From Wickerhamiella versatilis (lineage: Eukaryota), in assembly GCA_030867685.1 (NCBI GenBank), contig JAQOWU010000007.1:2232001-2296000 (forward strand): a stretch of DNA of 64,000 nt, given 5' to 3'. Below the pieces are notes generated by a model, which was given only the letters and a program-made list of their open reading frames with translations, was not told where the DNA came from and made no database searches. This document shows positions 20,863-32,229 of this stretch, piece by piece; the stretch's first letter is position 1; each line of letters opens with the position of its first letter. Position numbers and translations under genes: made by a program.

Positions 20863-22437
20863 CTAAATTATGCGGTGCTCACAGCTTTTCTCTCCAGAGC
20901 TGTGGGTACTTTTTGTTTCGTCATCTAAATCCGTGGACTGAGATGCCTCAGTTCGTGGACTAGTCCTGCGAGGCATCCTAACCTTTCCCTCATATGCCTC
21001 GACTGCTGTGAAACAAACCAGCAGAAATAGTGCCATGGCGCTCAACCCTACCCCGAAGTACATTGCAGACCGCAGGGCCAACAAGGGCTTTCCGGGTATC
21101 CTGCTCTGAACTTCATTCGATACTGTTTGAGACATGCCAAGGAACAGCGAGTTCGAATAGTTAACTATAGCATTGATAAGTGACCCGGCCATTCCCTGGC
21201 ACTCGGGTGGTAAGTGCTCGCTTAAGACGATTGAGCCAGAGGGAAATGACCAATCCATACCAAATACCCCTACTATCCAAATACCAAATGTCAAACCGAA
21301 GTATGATTGGTCTACTGGCGTCACAGCTAACATTGCATTCGCGGCACAGAAGCAACACATCGACATCAATAGAACAAAGTGGATTGGAAAATAGCGCATA
21401 GATAAACCGCAGGTTAGTGCTGCAACTGCGCCAAAAACTACCACAATTGATTGCGAAGCACCAGCTTGCAATGGGTTATAGTGGCGGAAGTCCTCCACAA
21501 ATGTGAAGTAGTGAAAAATCAGCACCCCGAACGAGCCCCACCCCAAGATTTTTGCCGCAATCACAACAAGAAGCCTTGGTGATCTGAGCAATGGCTGGGG
21601 AATCAGTGGATTGCTGGGAACATGCAGCTCATACCACACAAATACGGCAATGCAGACCACCGAAATAACAAGAAGAGCAATAATATAAGGAGTCTGCCAT
21701 CCCACGACTGGTGCTTGATTAAATGTGAAGTTTAAGAGCACCAACCCGACAGTGACGAGTCCACAGCCTATCCAATCCATTGAGCTCGTTTGGTTTGAGG
21801 AGGGCAGATTGGGCACTGTCCACCATGCCAGCGCCATAGCAGCACCCATGGCTATAGCAGTCACCCAGTATGCCCAATTGAAGTATTTTGTTGTCTGGGT
21901 AATTAAACCGCTAAACAGTACGGTTAGTCCAGCGCCAATTGGGGCAGCAACACCTATGAGCACGAAGATGGTGCTTTTGCGTTGACTTCCTGGTCGGTAA
22001 ATGCGGCCAACGACCCCCATGAAGTTTGGTAGCACAAATGCCATTCCTGCCCCCTGGAATGCCCGGCATATAATGTAGAAGTTGATGTTTTCGGCCCAGT
22101 ATGAGGCACTTAGAAGGATTGTCCATATAATGGACCAGCCATATCCCCAGAGCGCTGTGGCCTTAAGACCGAATACGTCCCCAAAGCGCCCACTGATCAA
22201 GATCAGTACACCAGTACTCAATGCGAAGCTTGATTGGAACCAGCCGCGCTGCAGTTCCGATGCACCGTAATGATCGTTGATGGCCAGGAACTGCACTAGT
22301 GGCGCATACGTGCATCCCTGGGTGAACACCTGGGATAGAAGAACTGCCAGTATAAAACAATACTCCTTCCATCTGTTTTGAAAGAGATACCTAGAGTATA
22401 TCAGGTCATCTGTCTCTTTCACTGGTTCCGCAGACAT
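20863..22437 (-). CDS. MFS drug:H+ antiporter, DHA2 (Atr1-like, 14 TMS)
   Basis: ILISGRFGDVFG motif A, CRAFQGAG, MDWIG, QAPVVGWQTPY, GMDWSFP. Confidence 0.88.
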   Translation of the reverse strand: MSAEPVKETDDLIYSRYLFQNRWKEYCFILAVLLSQVFTQGCTYAPLVQFLAINDHYGASELQRGWFQSSFALSTGVLILISGRFGDVFGLKATALWGYGWSIIWTILLSASYWAENINFYIICRAFQGAGMAFVLPNFMGVVGRIYRPGSQRKSTIFVLIGVAAPIGAGLTVLFSGLITQTTKYFNWAYWVTAIAMGAAMALAWWTVPNLPSSNQTSSMDWIGCGLVTVGLVLLNFTFNQAPVVGWQTPYIIALLVISVVCIAVFVWYELHVPSNPLIPQPLLRSPRLLVVIAAKILGWGSFGVLIFHYFTFVEDFRHYNPLQAGASQSIVVVFGAVAALTCGLSMRYFPIHFVLLMSMCCFCAANAMLAVTPVDQSYFGLTFGIWIVGVFGMDWSFPSGSIVLSEHLPPECQGMAGSLINAIVNYSNSLFLGMSQTVSNEVQSRIPGKPLLALRSAMYFGVGLSAMALFLLVCFTAVEAYEGKVRMPRRTSPRTEASQSTDLDDETKSTHSSGEKSCEHRII

Positions 22438-23355
22438 CAACTGTGAAAAAAACTGACTGACGTGAATTCAATTCAACTCTGTTAGGTAAATGGATGTTGC
22501 AGGTTTTATGAATGGGTTTTTAAGCAATCCTGATCAGACGCATCTCATAGAGTTTGGACCCAAATGTAGAGTGCAAAGTTAGAAGCATTTACCCGGACCG
22601 ATCAATACTGTAATGCGAAGTATAGAGAATTACGAACATAATCAAACAACTTATTCTAGAGTACTCAGACACTAACCTTTTCTAGGTGATACGAGCTAAT
22701 TGAAAGCTTGGATGAACCTTAATTTCTCAAAAAGAGGACTCACCGGCAGGGAAGATCATGACGCCTCTACCACGTGATCAATCAATTATAGTAGAGTAGA
22801 GTATGGAGTAAAAAAGTAAAAATATCAGATGCTGTTTCTCGAAAAGAAGTGAGATAAGATGAATACGAAAATTAAAGCTGGCTATAACAGAAATTGCTAC
22901 CCCACATTACGCTCCGAGAAATTGAAGGATTATCGACGCACAATGAATATAGGACTACATTTGTTTCATTTATTCAGACGTCCTCGCAATTTTTCTAAAT
23001 GTATTTTCCATTCATCTTTTTTTAGAATGTGGGATGCAAATGAAGTGGTGACCTGCATAGCATAACACGTTTGGGTTGGGATTAGCTATCTCCTAAAATT
23101 AAAGGAAGCTTACCAACAAGAAAAAATGAACAATAGCTACATATCAAAGTTAAATAATACAGCACAGCATATGTTCATCGGGCTTGGTGTAGCAGCATTG
23201 TACTAGATGATGTGTGGGGTAGGCAGGACCACTGGAAGGGAAATAATCTAGGCCCCGAAATCAGGTTAATTGGTAGCAATGGCAACCATCATTGGCTTTA
23301 TCTAATGCCTAATAAAGTTCTTTAAAAACCGATTCTAGATAAAAGCACTACCATA

Positions 23356-24216
23356 CTAGGACCAGTGCTCCTTCCCCCATTTAGTCGGGTCCCAGTTCGG
23401 ATTCGAAACATAGTAATCATCGGGGCTTCCTAGACTAGAAAAATCCTCCTTAGAAAGTTCGAAGTCGAAAATTTGAAGATTTTCCCGCATTCTGTCCTCA
23501 TGAGTTGTCTTCGGGAGAGGAATTACGCCATATTGCACCGACCAACGAAGAAGAATCTGGGCCGGTGACTTGCCATACTTCTTGGCAAGGGCATTTAGTT
23601 CCTCATCATCCGATAGCCGGTAGCCTCGCGTGAGAGGTGAGTAGGCTTCAACGATAGTGCCACTCTTACGGCTTAAAGCCACGATGTCTTGATGCTGGAG
23701 CCACGGGTTCAGCTCAATTTGATTTACGGCAGGCGCAGGCAGCGACGCCTGAAGGATTTCCTCCAAATGGTCAGTACCGTAATTCGATACACCGACGTGT
23801 TTTATCCAGCCCTCCTTCTGGGCATCCAGCAGCGCCCGATAGGTATCCAATCTCGTCTTAGTGTTTCCTGATGGAAAATGTATCAGAACAAGGTCAATGT
23901 ATTCCAAAGGTTTGACCCGGTCGAACATTTCGCGAAGCGTCTTCGCAGCCTCATCGTAGGTGTATTGGGCGCCCCTTATCTTCGTGGTATAAAACACATC
24001 GCTCCGCTTAACCTCCGAATGGTCGGCCAGGAAACTTTTAATGCCCTCGCCGACCTCGCGCTCGTTGTTATAAGCCTGAGCACTGTCAATCAGTCGATAA
24101 CCGGTAGCTAATGCGCTATAGGCCACCTTTGCCCCCTCATGGGCATTGACTTTGTAAACCCCAAATCCAATTTGCGGGATGGGTTTTCCAGATGACAATT
24201 TAAATACCGACGACAT
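23356..24216 (-). CDS. Aldo-keto reductase
   Basis: IPQIGFGVY, GYRLIDSAQAYNNE, DLVLIHFP, GVSNY, NQIELNP, PLPKT. Confidence 0.93.
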   Translation of the reverse strand: MSSVFKLSSGKPIPQIGFGVYKVNAHEGAKVAYSALATGYRLIDSAQAYNNEREVGEGIKSFLADHSEVKRSDVFYTTKIRGAQYTYDEAAKTLREMFDRVKPLEYIDLVLIHFPSGNTKTRLDTYRALLDAQKEGWIKHVGVSNYGTDHLEEILQASLPAPAVNQIELNPWLQHQDIVALSRKSGTIVEAYSPLTRGYRLSDDEELNALAKKYGKSPAQILLRWSVQYGVIPLPKTTHEDRMRENLQIFDFELSKEDFSSLGSPDDYYVSNPNWDPTKWGKEHWS

Positions 24217-24501
24217 ACTATGACTGCTGATAATCAATCTACAACGTCACCGGCAACAGCAACAAAATGGACTGTTCCAAGTTTGTAATCTGGCAGACAA
24301 TGCACAAAGCAAATAAGAATTGAACCGCAATTCAAAAGAAAAACGGACTGCTTAACAAGTCAACATATGCCTATTTTTAAACAGAAGGGGGTATCAAATT
24401 ATTCTACAAAAATAAAACTGCCGCAAGAATCGATGAGGACTTCGAAATATGCCACCGATGAAAGGAGAGAATTAAAGTGGGAAATTCACAAAGCTCGTTG
24501 T

Positions 24502-25257
24502 TTAACAATCAACGAATTCCTGGATAGTCAGCTCAACTGGAGAGCACTGGGCACCAATGCTCTCGTCGTAGAGGTTGGAGAAGTCACCAGACTTACACTG
24601 GTAAAACGTGGTCTGGTCACCCAATGCAAGTAGACCGTCAGCAATGGACCAGCCAGCAGCGTAGATGCTGCCAGCTTGAGGGGGAGGACCATCAAACTGG
24701 AATTGACGGTTGGCCACAATGGCACCCACGCGGCCGTGAGAGTCGGTCAGCAAAGAATCCTTGAGGGTCAATGTGAGGACATTGTCGCCCTTGCAGGTCT
24801 TGCCATAGGCATCGGCACGCTTGTGCTGCTGGATCTGACCGTCACCAATCTGGATCACGCCCTGGCCCTTGCCGGAGGCGGCAGGAGCGGGGGCCGCGCT
24901 CTTTTCGGGTTTGGCACCCTCGGGCTTGGCAGCCTCGCTAGTCTCGGGCTTGGGGATCTTGGTGGAGATGGCCTTTGCAGAGGACGCGTGGGAGGTGGAC
25001 GCAACACTGGTGGTGTTCAACGACGTAGAGTTCGAAGCACTGGCGGTGACAGATGGAACTGCACTGGACGCGCTAGTGGTCTTCTTCAATGAACTCGAGG
25101 TTGAGGTAGCCAGGGTCTTCACGGAAATTCCGAAGCTGGAAGTAGCGTCCGTGTTACCAGCAGGAGCAGCACTTGGGGTGAGAGTGCTCCATGGCTTGTC
25201 AGCAGCACGCGTCACTGCGAGAAGAGCGAGAGAAGAAACGATTGGACTGAAATGCAT
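24502..25257 (-). CDS. Pir-family cell wall protein with one internal repeat
   Basis: Signal peptide, WSTLTPS, one IQIGDGQIQ repeat, C-terminal four-Cys domain [19 protein letters not shown]...C. Confidence 0.92.
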   Translation of the reverse strand: MHFSPIVSSLALLAVTRAADKPWSTLTPSAAPAGNTDATSSFGISVKTLATSTSSSLKKTTSASSAVPSVTASASNSTSLNTTSVASTSHASSAKAISTKIPKPETSEAAKPEGAKPEKSAAPAPAASGKGQGVIQIGDGQIQQHKRADAYGKTCKGDNVLTLTLKDSLLTDSHGRVGAIVANRQFQFDGPPPQAGSIYAAGWSIADGLLALGDQTTFYQCKSGDFSNLYDESIGAQCSPVELTIQEFVDC

Positions 25258-26074
25258 GCTACTTACAAATTACCTAGTGGCACCGACGCGCGGCAGCTGC
25301 CTTATAAACCGGATTTCCATTTGTTTACAGTACACTAATCAATACCAACTTTTTGTGGCTCGGATCTGTCTGGCTTACGTATGAAACGAAATTGAAACAT
25401 ACTGCGGGTAGCGTTCTGTGGTAACGAGCCCCAAATTGCTGGGGAAAAAGATGGATGATAAGATTTTTTATTACTTGCTAACCGTAATTACATTAAATAC
25501 CGACATATTACAGCCTGTTGTCCCCGAATGGAATCCATCCTGGGGGCCCTGTGGTATGCAGCTGACTCATTGATCCCGAGCTGTGGCAGCGGTATGTGAA
25601 AGGCTTCGCTAAGAGCCTAAGAATGATGGGGCTCAGCTTATGAGCAAATAATCATCCAAGCCATTTGCCATAGTAGCGATGTATTTTCATTAAATTGTTG
25701 ATTACTATTCCACCAAAATGTTTAGTACCTAGATATGCAATCGTTTATCCTGATCCAAGCTTAACAACGACAGAGGGCAAAATTACGGGATTCAGGCAGC
25801 TATGCTATTAGATAAAGACCCTGCCATGCCTGCCATGCCTGCTATGCCGAAATTAACCGTTTCGAGCGTGAAACACTTCCACAAAGATGCGTTATACAAC
25901 CAATGCGGGCTTTCTCCTCCAAAGAATTAAACTCACATATCACATAAACATCGTTGAAATAAATAAGGGAAATGGCTATTAGTTTTCAGTAGTTTTGGAA
26001 GATTATGCCATATCCAACCAGCCCTCACGTGATCTGTACTTCTCCAACAAACTAGTGTCAGAAAAGTCTGAGTC

Positions 26075-27052
26075 TCAATCCTCGGCAAGATCGTTATCAT
26101 GGTGTCGCACCGACCTCTTTGTCCTCATTCGCCTCCAGAGATTTCGTGTTCTTGACCTTCCAGAAAGTATGTACTGGTAAAATGCCAGTTGCGCATATAG
26201 GAACGTAAATATAAGGGCAATTATTAAAAGCGCGAAGAGAATTGGGTGCTTTTCAATGAAAAGAAAATAGAATGCATCTCCCTCGTGCCATGAGGAGCCT
26301 TCAACGCGGTATACAAGCCGGCTAACATCATCACCGGCTTCACTGGGATAGAGAAATCTTATTTGCTCGCTCGCTGCCAAGAGATTGTTCTTGAACTTTT
26401 GAGCTATGATGGAGACAAATAAGGGACCCGTCGAATACATCACTGTTAGATAGGGAAACCACCAGACTCGGCAATGTTTCTCGAGAGAGTGAATTAACAA
26501 CTTGTAAAAAGGGTGCCCCGGGATCGTTCCTAACATATCATTCGATACACCAGTCGGATGAGTTTTGCGAAGCCAGGCTGGATACACCAAAAGCCTGTCG
26601 AAACTTTCGCTAGCGCCATAGTCGAGATCGATATACATACCTCCATAATGATAAAGGAAGAAATACCTGAGGGCATCAATCCGCATCATACGGAGCGGAT
26701 AGGCATCATAAGTAGGGAGAAACCAAGGATAGTTCTCCTCCATAAACTCGTGAGCCATGCCCTCATCCCAAAGTACGTACTTATAGTCAGGATGATGTTT
26801 CTTGATAGATTGTTGGGCTTCCTGCCACGATTCGGGCATGGTGCCATTCTCTGGCTTAAAGTACACTTGATGAATGATTTTCGGGATCTTTAAGTCCGCT
26901 TTTACATCCCATTCGCCTTCGAAAACGCGACTTGGGACTTTATACTCCCCAAAGCCATCATGCAGCAGCCTGATAAGATCAAAAAAAGTATATCCAATCA
27001 ACAGGATAATAATAGCGTTCACCCATAATAAAATAGTGAACTTCGCCTTCAT
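26075..27052 (-). CDS. Mannosyl-inositolphosphorylceramide synthase (GT32, Sur1/Csh1-like)
   Basis: IPKIIHQ, RIDALRYFFLYHYGGMYIDLD (DXD), PTGVSND, YSTGPLF, SSWH; N- and C-terminal TMs. Confidence 0.9.
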   Translation of the reverse strand: MKAKFTILLWVNAIIILLIGYTFFDLIRLLHDGFGEYKVPSRVFEGEWDVKADLKIPKIIHQVYFKPENGTMPESWQEAQQSIKKHHPDYKYVLWDEGMAHEFMEENYPWFLPTYDAYPLRMMRIDALRYFFLYHYGGMYIDLDYGASESFDRLLVYPAWLRKTHPTGVSNDMLGTIPGHPFYKLLIHSLEKHCRVWWFPYLTVMYSTGPLFVSIIAQKFKNNLLAASEQIRFLYPSEAGDDVSRLVYRVEGSSWHEGDAFYFLFIEKHPILFALLIIALIFTFLYAQLAFYQYILSGRSRTRNLWRRMRTKRSVRHHDNDLAED

Positions 27053-27453
27053 AGTTAAATCCAAATGAATGAATGTCGTTAGTACGATATTTGGAAGTGT
27101 TGTAAGTGAATGTGTTTGGGTAGGGGTCTTCGAGGATTAGTGATATGCTATCTTTAGCCAAACAACCTACCACGTGTTTGGATCGGTATACGTTGGAACT
27201 ATCAGTGAGATGTGGCAGGTTACAGTGCCACAGAGTCACGACTTTTTCTTTAGCTAGCTAGGAAAAATGATCCACGGGTCGCATTGCCCACCACGTTAAG
27301 CTATCGAGGCGTAGACAACGCTCTGTCATGTCACAGTAATCAGGAATGCGACCTTTTTGTTGGCGGACGCTCCACGATCGCAATACGCATGAGCACATCT
27401 TATGATGAAATTATTCGAATATTTACAGCTATTTCTGCTGTTGCCTAAATGTT

Positions 27454-27455
27454 TA

Positions 27456-27477
<22 letters not shown>
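27454..27477. repeat. (TA)12 microsatellite
   Basis: Read directly from the sequence. Confidence 0.9.
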
Positions 27478-27486
<9 letters not shown>

Positions 27487-28744
27487 CGGCACACCAGGAT
27501 AAAACTGCTTGAGACTGGTGGGATTTGAGTCTTTCCACTTGATACAGTACATCAACGATTGATCAAGCAATCTATGTGCGACACATTTTTAAAGTCTATT
27601 AAGAGCTTATAATTAGCTCTCGAGGTACCATGACAAGCTTCACGTGCTCCTCAGTGCTAAATACGTAATGAGGACGATAATGCATAGCCCTTACCTTTTT
27701 TTGTCTTGCCTTTGGCTGCATGATGGTCCTAGTCCAAAGTCCTTTAACATGACACAAAGCGTTGTTGAACGGGATGATATCTGTTACTTCACTTATTTAG
27801 TATATATAGCTGATCCGCGTTACCCGATCTCTTGTCCTATCAATTTCACGGCATAGCAAGGTGGCTTGAATATATGTCCTGTTACAAATACGTCATCGCG
27901 TGGCTGAGATAATGTAGGAATTGTAGTGTGAGTTCCTGAAGATATCTGCAACGATGGACAGTAGCAGTCAGATGCAGAGGCTATATTTCAACGTGCATGG
28001 TCTTGTTTTTGTCGAAGTAACTTATCTCTGAATCGCTATCGATGTTAAGGTCCTATAGGAAACACTCATAGTCTAGTGCTCATTAACCGACAGAAGGTAG
28101 ATACTTACTGGCATATACTTGAAACTTTCTTACTCTATGGCACATTAGGACCGTTTTAATAGGCTTAGGATTAGTGCACACCAATCTTTTGTTCAGGCTG
28201 AGGCGGCCTGTGATAGTTAGCTAATATGGCCAATCAATTATCAGGTTATTCCTGCATATAAAGATTTCTGGGGAAGTTTCCATATCAACCTAAAAATTAT
28301 AACTGCAGGTTTTGGCAATATCTGCTAGAGATTTAGTCGCTGTGTTTGTTAAGTTGTTCACGGTAAGAGAAAAGTATCAGAGTAGGATTATTCCAGCCCC
28401 CAGAGCCTTGTTTAGCCTGCTTTTGAATACCAGATTGTCAGCTGTACCGTTCTATGACCTGACAAAGCTCCGGTACTCACCCATTGTATCCTCTGTATCC
28501 TGTAAAGCGCATCCGACATTACGACATCAACACTATTTACTATCTTTCATTTTGATGCCACACTATGAAAATCTATATTCCGACTGACTGGCACACAATA
28601 TTACAAGCACAGAGACAGTGCCGACTCATCATCTTCAAAACCCGGATAGACAATTATCTTATCTCGGGATGCGATAATTAGTAATAGTGGTAAGTACTTA
28701 CCGCAATAGCCCTCCCTCGGAATCCGAGTTTTGAAATTTTCACG

Positions 28745-30421
28745 ATGGGTAAGGATGCAGAGAGAGAAACTCATGATATGCAGGCGGTGACATCTGGTAC
28801 CAAGCTGGAAAAAGACTTTCATGGTATGGACGCTACAGAAGGGACCCTTGTCGAGCTGGGTTACAGATCAGAGCTGAAGCGAGAGTTCTCTCTGTTTTCA
28901 GCATTCTCTTTTGCGCTTTCTGTGTCGGGGCTTTTCTCAACAATTGGCACAACGTTTAGTTATCCTTTCTTAGCCGGTGGATCGGCTTCAGTGGTGTGGT
29001 GCTGGCTTATATCAGGAGTTGGCTGTCTGTGTATTGCGTTTTCAGTTGCAGAGCTTGTGAGTGCTTATCCTACATCTGGCGGCCTTTACTATTCTTGCAG
29101 CCGTGTGTTCCCCGCCAAAGCTGCCCCTTTCCTGTGTTGGGTTGACGGCTGGGTAAATCTCCTCGGACAAATTGCCGGGGTTGCTTCGAGTGATTATGGT
29201 GCCGCAGGAATGATTCTTACTGCTGCTAGCATAGGATCAGGCCTCAAAGAGGACACGGAGTCCGGTCCAGTTTTCAATTACGAGCCCACAGATAATCATA
29301 CCGTTGGAGTTATGGCAGGTGTCTTAATCTTTCAGGGTATTATCAGCTGTCTACCAACGAAATATCTTGAAAAGGTCACAAAATGGTATGTTGTCTTTCA
29401 CTACGCAGCGCTCATTTCAGCCGTGATCGCCTTGTTGGTCAAAACCGAACCTAGGCAGAATGCGGACTACGTTTTCACAAATGTCGAGTCCCAGAGTGGG
29501 TGGAAACCAATAGGATGGTCATTTGTCTTTGGATTTTTGAGCGTTAGCTGGACAATGACAGATTACGATGCCACGGCCCACATATGTGAGGAGATGGAGG
29601 AGCCAGAACGTAAGGCGCCATGGGCTATCTCGATGGCTATGGTCTTCACTTTTGTCACTGGCTTCCTTTATAATATTGTACTCTGTTTCTGCATTCCTAA
29701 ACATAAAGAGGAGGTATTGGCCAATGCAAGTCAACCAGTCGTAATGCTGTATTATTACTCACTCGGCAAAGGTGGTAGTATCGCGTTTGCAGTGTTCATG
29801 TTCGTGGTCATGAACTTCTTAGGCTTGGCAGCACTTCAAGCTACAAGCCGTACCATGTGGGCACAGGCACGAGACCAAATGTTCCCTTGGGCCTGGAAGT
29901 ATTTGTATCACGTAAATAGAATTACTACCACCCCGGTCAATGCTGTTGCGCTTTCTACGGCGCTTTGTATTGCCATAAATTTGATTGCTCTGGGAAGTCA
30001 GGAAACGATCAATGCTATTTTCAACGTTACCGCCATTGCACTGGACTGGTCGTACTGTTTGCCCATCCTCGGAAAGTGTCTTTATCCTAAGTTATACAAG
30101 AAGGGCCCCTGGAATCTTGGAGTATTTTCCACCTTCATCAACTGGTATGCATGTATATGGACTTTGTTTGCTAGTATTATATTTTTTATGCCCACAGAAA
30201 TGCCAGTTACAAAAGATAACATGAACTACGCAGTTGTGTTTTTCGTCTTTGTGATTGGCGGATCTATTTTGTGCTGGTTTCTGGGAGGCTCGAAAATATA
30301 TACTGGACCTAAGCCCACGGCAGGTGACCCTGAAGCTGAAGTCAAAGCACAAAAAGCTGCAGAGAAACAACACATGATTCTAGAAGAAAAGGAATCGGAA
30401 AATAGCAGTACGACAAACTAA
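28745..30421 (+). CDS. APC-superfamily ACT-type permease (GABA/polyamine/choline, Uga4/Tpo5-like)
   Basis: LGYRSELKREFS, AELVSAYPTSGGLY, TDYDATAHICEE, GPW.LG, NMNYA; about 12 TMs. Confidence 0.9.
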   Translation: MGKDAERETHDMQAVTSGTKLEKDFHGMDATEGTLVELGYRSELKREFSLFSAFSFALSVSGLFSTIGTTFSYPFLAGGSASVVWCWLISGVGCLCIAFSVAELVSAYPTSGGLYYSCSRVFPAKAAPFLCWVDGWVNLLGQIAGVASSDYGAAGMILTAASIGSGLKEDTESGPVFNYEPTDNHTVGVMAGVLIFQGIISCLPTKYLEKVTKWYVVFHYAALISAVIALLVKTEPRQNADYVFTNVESQSGWKPIGWSFVFGFLSVSWTMTDYDATAHICEEMEEPERKAPWAISMAMVFTFVTGFLYNIVLCFCIPKHKEEVLANASQPVVMLYYYSLGKGGSIAFAVFMFVVMNFLGLAALQATSRTMWAQARDQMFPWAWKYLYHVNRITTTPVNAVALSTALCIAINLIALGSQETINAIFNVTAIALDWSYCLPILGKCLYPKLYKKGPWNLGVFSTFINWYACIWTLFASIIFFMPTEMPVTKDNMNYAVVFFVFVIGGSILCWFLGGSKIYTGPKPTAGDPEAEVKAQKAAEKQHMILEEKESENSSTTN

Positions 30422-30755
30422 CATGAATCAAAGCCTTAAATATTAGCTTAAAAAGAATTATGAATCAATAAATAGTATGATATGTTTTGTAACGCATTGC
30501 TTTGGTCCAATTTGGTCGATAATGATCTCCTTACCGTGGGCTATCTTGCATTGTTTCACCTACGTATGTCCACTTTCATAATGATGGACAAATAGACGAT
30601 CCTCGAGATTCGAATGATTATTTACAAAACCAATGGAAAATTAAATCTCTGCTGGATCAACTTGCACGTGAAGATATATATTTAAGATGAGTATGTGTCA
30701 GTAAGCAGTAAGCTCGGGCTGCCCCCACCACAGGCACCACTCCTGGCGTGGTGAA

Positions 30756-31679
30756 ATGTCTTTGGGTATAGACTTGGATCTGCTCCAGGAAAGTGAAAGC
30801 CTCCATCAGCAAGGAAATGTGGCCAAAGATCTACTTTCAGGTACGGTGGCAGGAATTGCAAGAGTCATCACAGGCCAACCCTTTGACACAGTCAAGGTCC
30901 GCTTACAATCTGCCCCAGCAGGCACATATAAGGGGTCTACAGATCTAGTGCGGCAAATAATTCGGCATGAAGGGGCTAGTGGGTTTTATAAAGGCTCGTT
31001 TCTTCCTATAATAGGGGCTGGTGCGTGCATGAGTGTTCAGTTTGCAGTGAATGAAGGGGTAAAGCGGATGTTTGCGCAGAAGGAGAATAGCCAGGGGCTA
31101 CATTCAGCACTCAACTACAAGCAGCTGTACATAGCTGGCCTTGCTGCTGGTTTTGCTAGTGCCTTTCAGGCGGCACCAACTGAGCAGGTCAGGATTCGGA
31201 TGCAAGCTCAAGCGAAAAAGACATTTCAGGGTAATCTCGATCTCATTGTCAAGATTTGGCAAAATGGTGGGCTATTTCGAGGTATTTTTCACGGCCTTGG
31301 TCCCACTATACTACGTGACACACACGGCAATGGGATGTATTTTCTTGGTGCCGAAGCTTGTGTCCAATATGACATGCAAATAAACGCTTTGGATAGGTCA
31401 GAAATCCCGCCGTGGAGAGTATGTATATATGGAAGTATTGCGGGAGTCGTTATGTGGCTTTCAGTGTATCCTCTTGATGTGCTTAAATCAAGAATGCAAA
31501 CTGACAGCCTTGGTCCGTCTCGTCGTGCATTTCCCACACTGTATTCGTGCTACAAAATGACGGTAAATGGTGGGTATGGTCAGCTTTTTGCTGGATTTTG
31601 GCCTGCAATTCTTCGTGCTGCACCCGTTAATGCGGTTATTTTCTTAACTTTTGAACTTACAAGAAAGGCATTGGGTTAA
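30756..31679 (+). CDS. Mitochondrial carrier (Ymc1/Ymc2-like)
   Basis: Three PxD/ExxK/R repeats: QPFDTVKVRLQ, APTEQVRIRMQ, YPLDVLKSRMQ. Confidence 0.9.
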   Translation: MSLGIDLDLLQESESLHQQGNVAKDLLSGTVAGIARVITGQPFDTVKVRLQSAPAGTYKGSTDLVRQIIRHEGASGFYKGSFLPIIGAGACMSVQFAVNEGVKRMFAQKENSQGLHSALNYKQLYIAGLAAGFASAFQAAPTEQVRIRMQAQAKKTFQGNLDLIVKIWQNGGLFRGIFHGLGPTILRDTHGNGMYFLGAEACVQYDMQINALDRSEIPPWRVCIYGSIAGVVMWLSVYPLDVLKSRMQTDSLGPSRRAFPTLYSCYKMTVNGGYGQLFAGFWPAILRAAPVNAVIFLTFELTRKALG

Positions 31680-32229
31680 TTGAGATTTTATAGCAACTTT
31701 AATAATTATTGGCTGGTGGTATGTTACTTCCCGCGGTAGATATGAAACTAATTAATGAAGCAGATGTAGCGAATATTTGGGAGGCTATGATCAGCATCAT
31801 ACTACCAGCATGAACTTGTGGATAGTATTTTTGTTCTTACCACGTGACCAAAGACCTGAACTTTGGTCCCGGTCAAAAGTAATGCCATACTATACTAGAA
31901 AGTCATTTAATCATTCTTGATCAGTCGTAGACTTTCATGTAACCTGTAACAAAATATGCCGGGCGGATGACATGTGATCTATTATTGGCATCCATAATTT
32001 GGTGCATTCTTATAAATTTGCGCAAATTATTCACGGTACATATACTTTGTGCAACCTAGAAAATAAAGATTATATGCTGATAAAGTAGCTCCTGCCGTCA
32101 TTTGCCTGGTATTATAGGAACTTCTGCGGTAACCCTGAGGACTGATCGTCCTACGCGTGAAAAACAGATCGAAACATTATTAGTAATCCACACTGTTTGG
32201 CGCGACGTCTTTCAGCTGCCTTTTTAGAA

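Noticed and set aside
24676-25384. Long + strand ORFs of 138 and 171 aa
   Set aside because: Antisense shadows of the codon-biased Pir gene
28101-28112. ATACTTACTGGC, resembling the U1 snRNA 5' end
   Set aside because: It lacks the invariant ACTTACCT, and no U1 stem-loops or Sm site are recognisable
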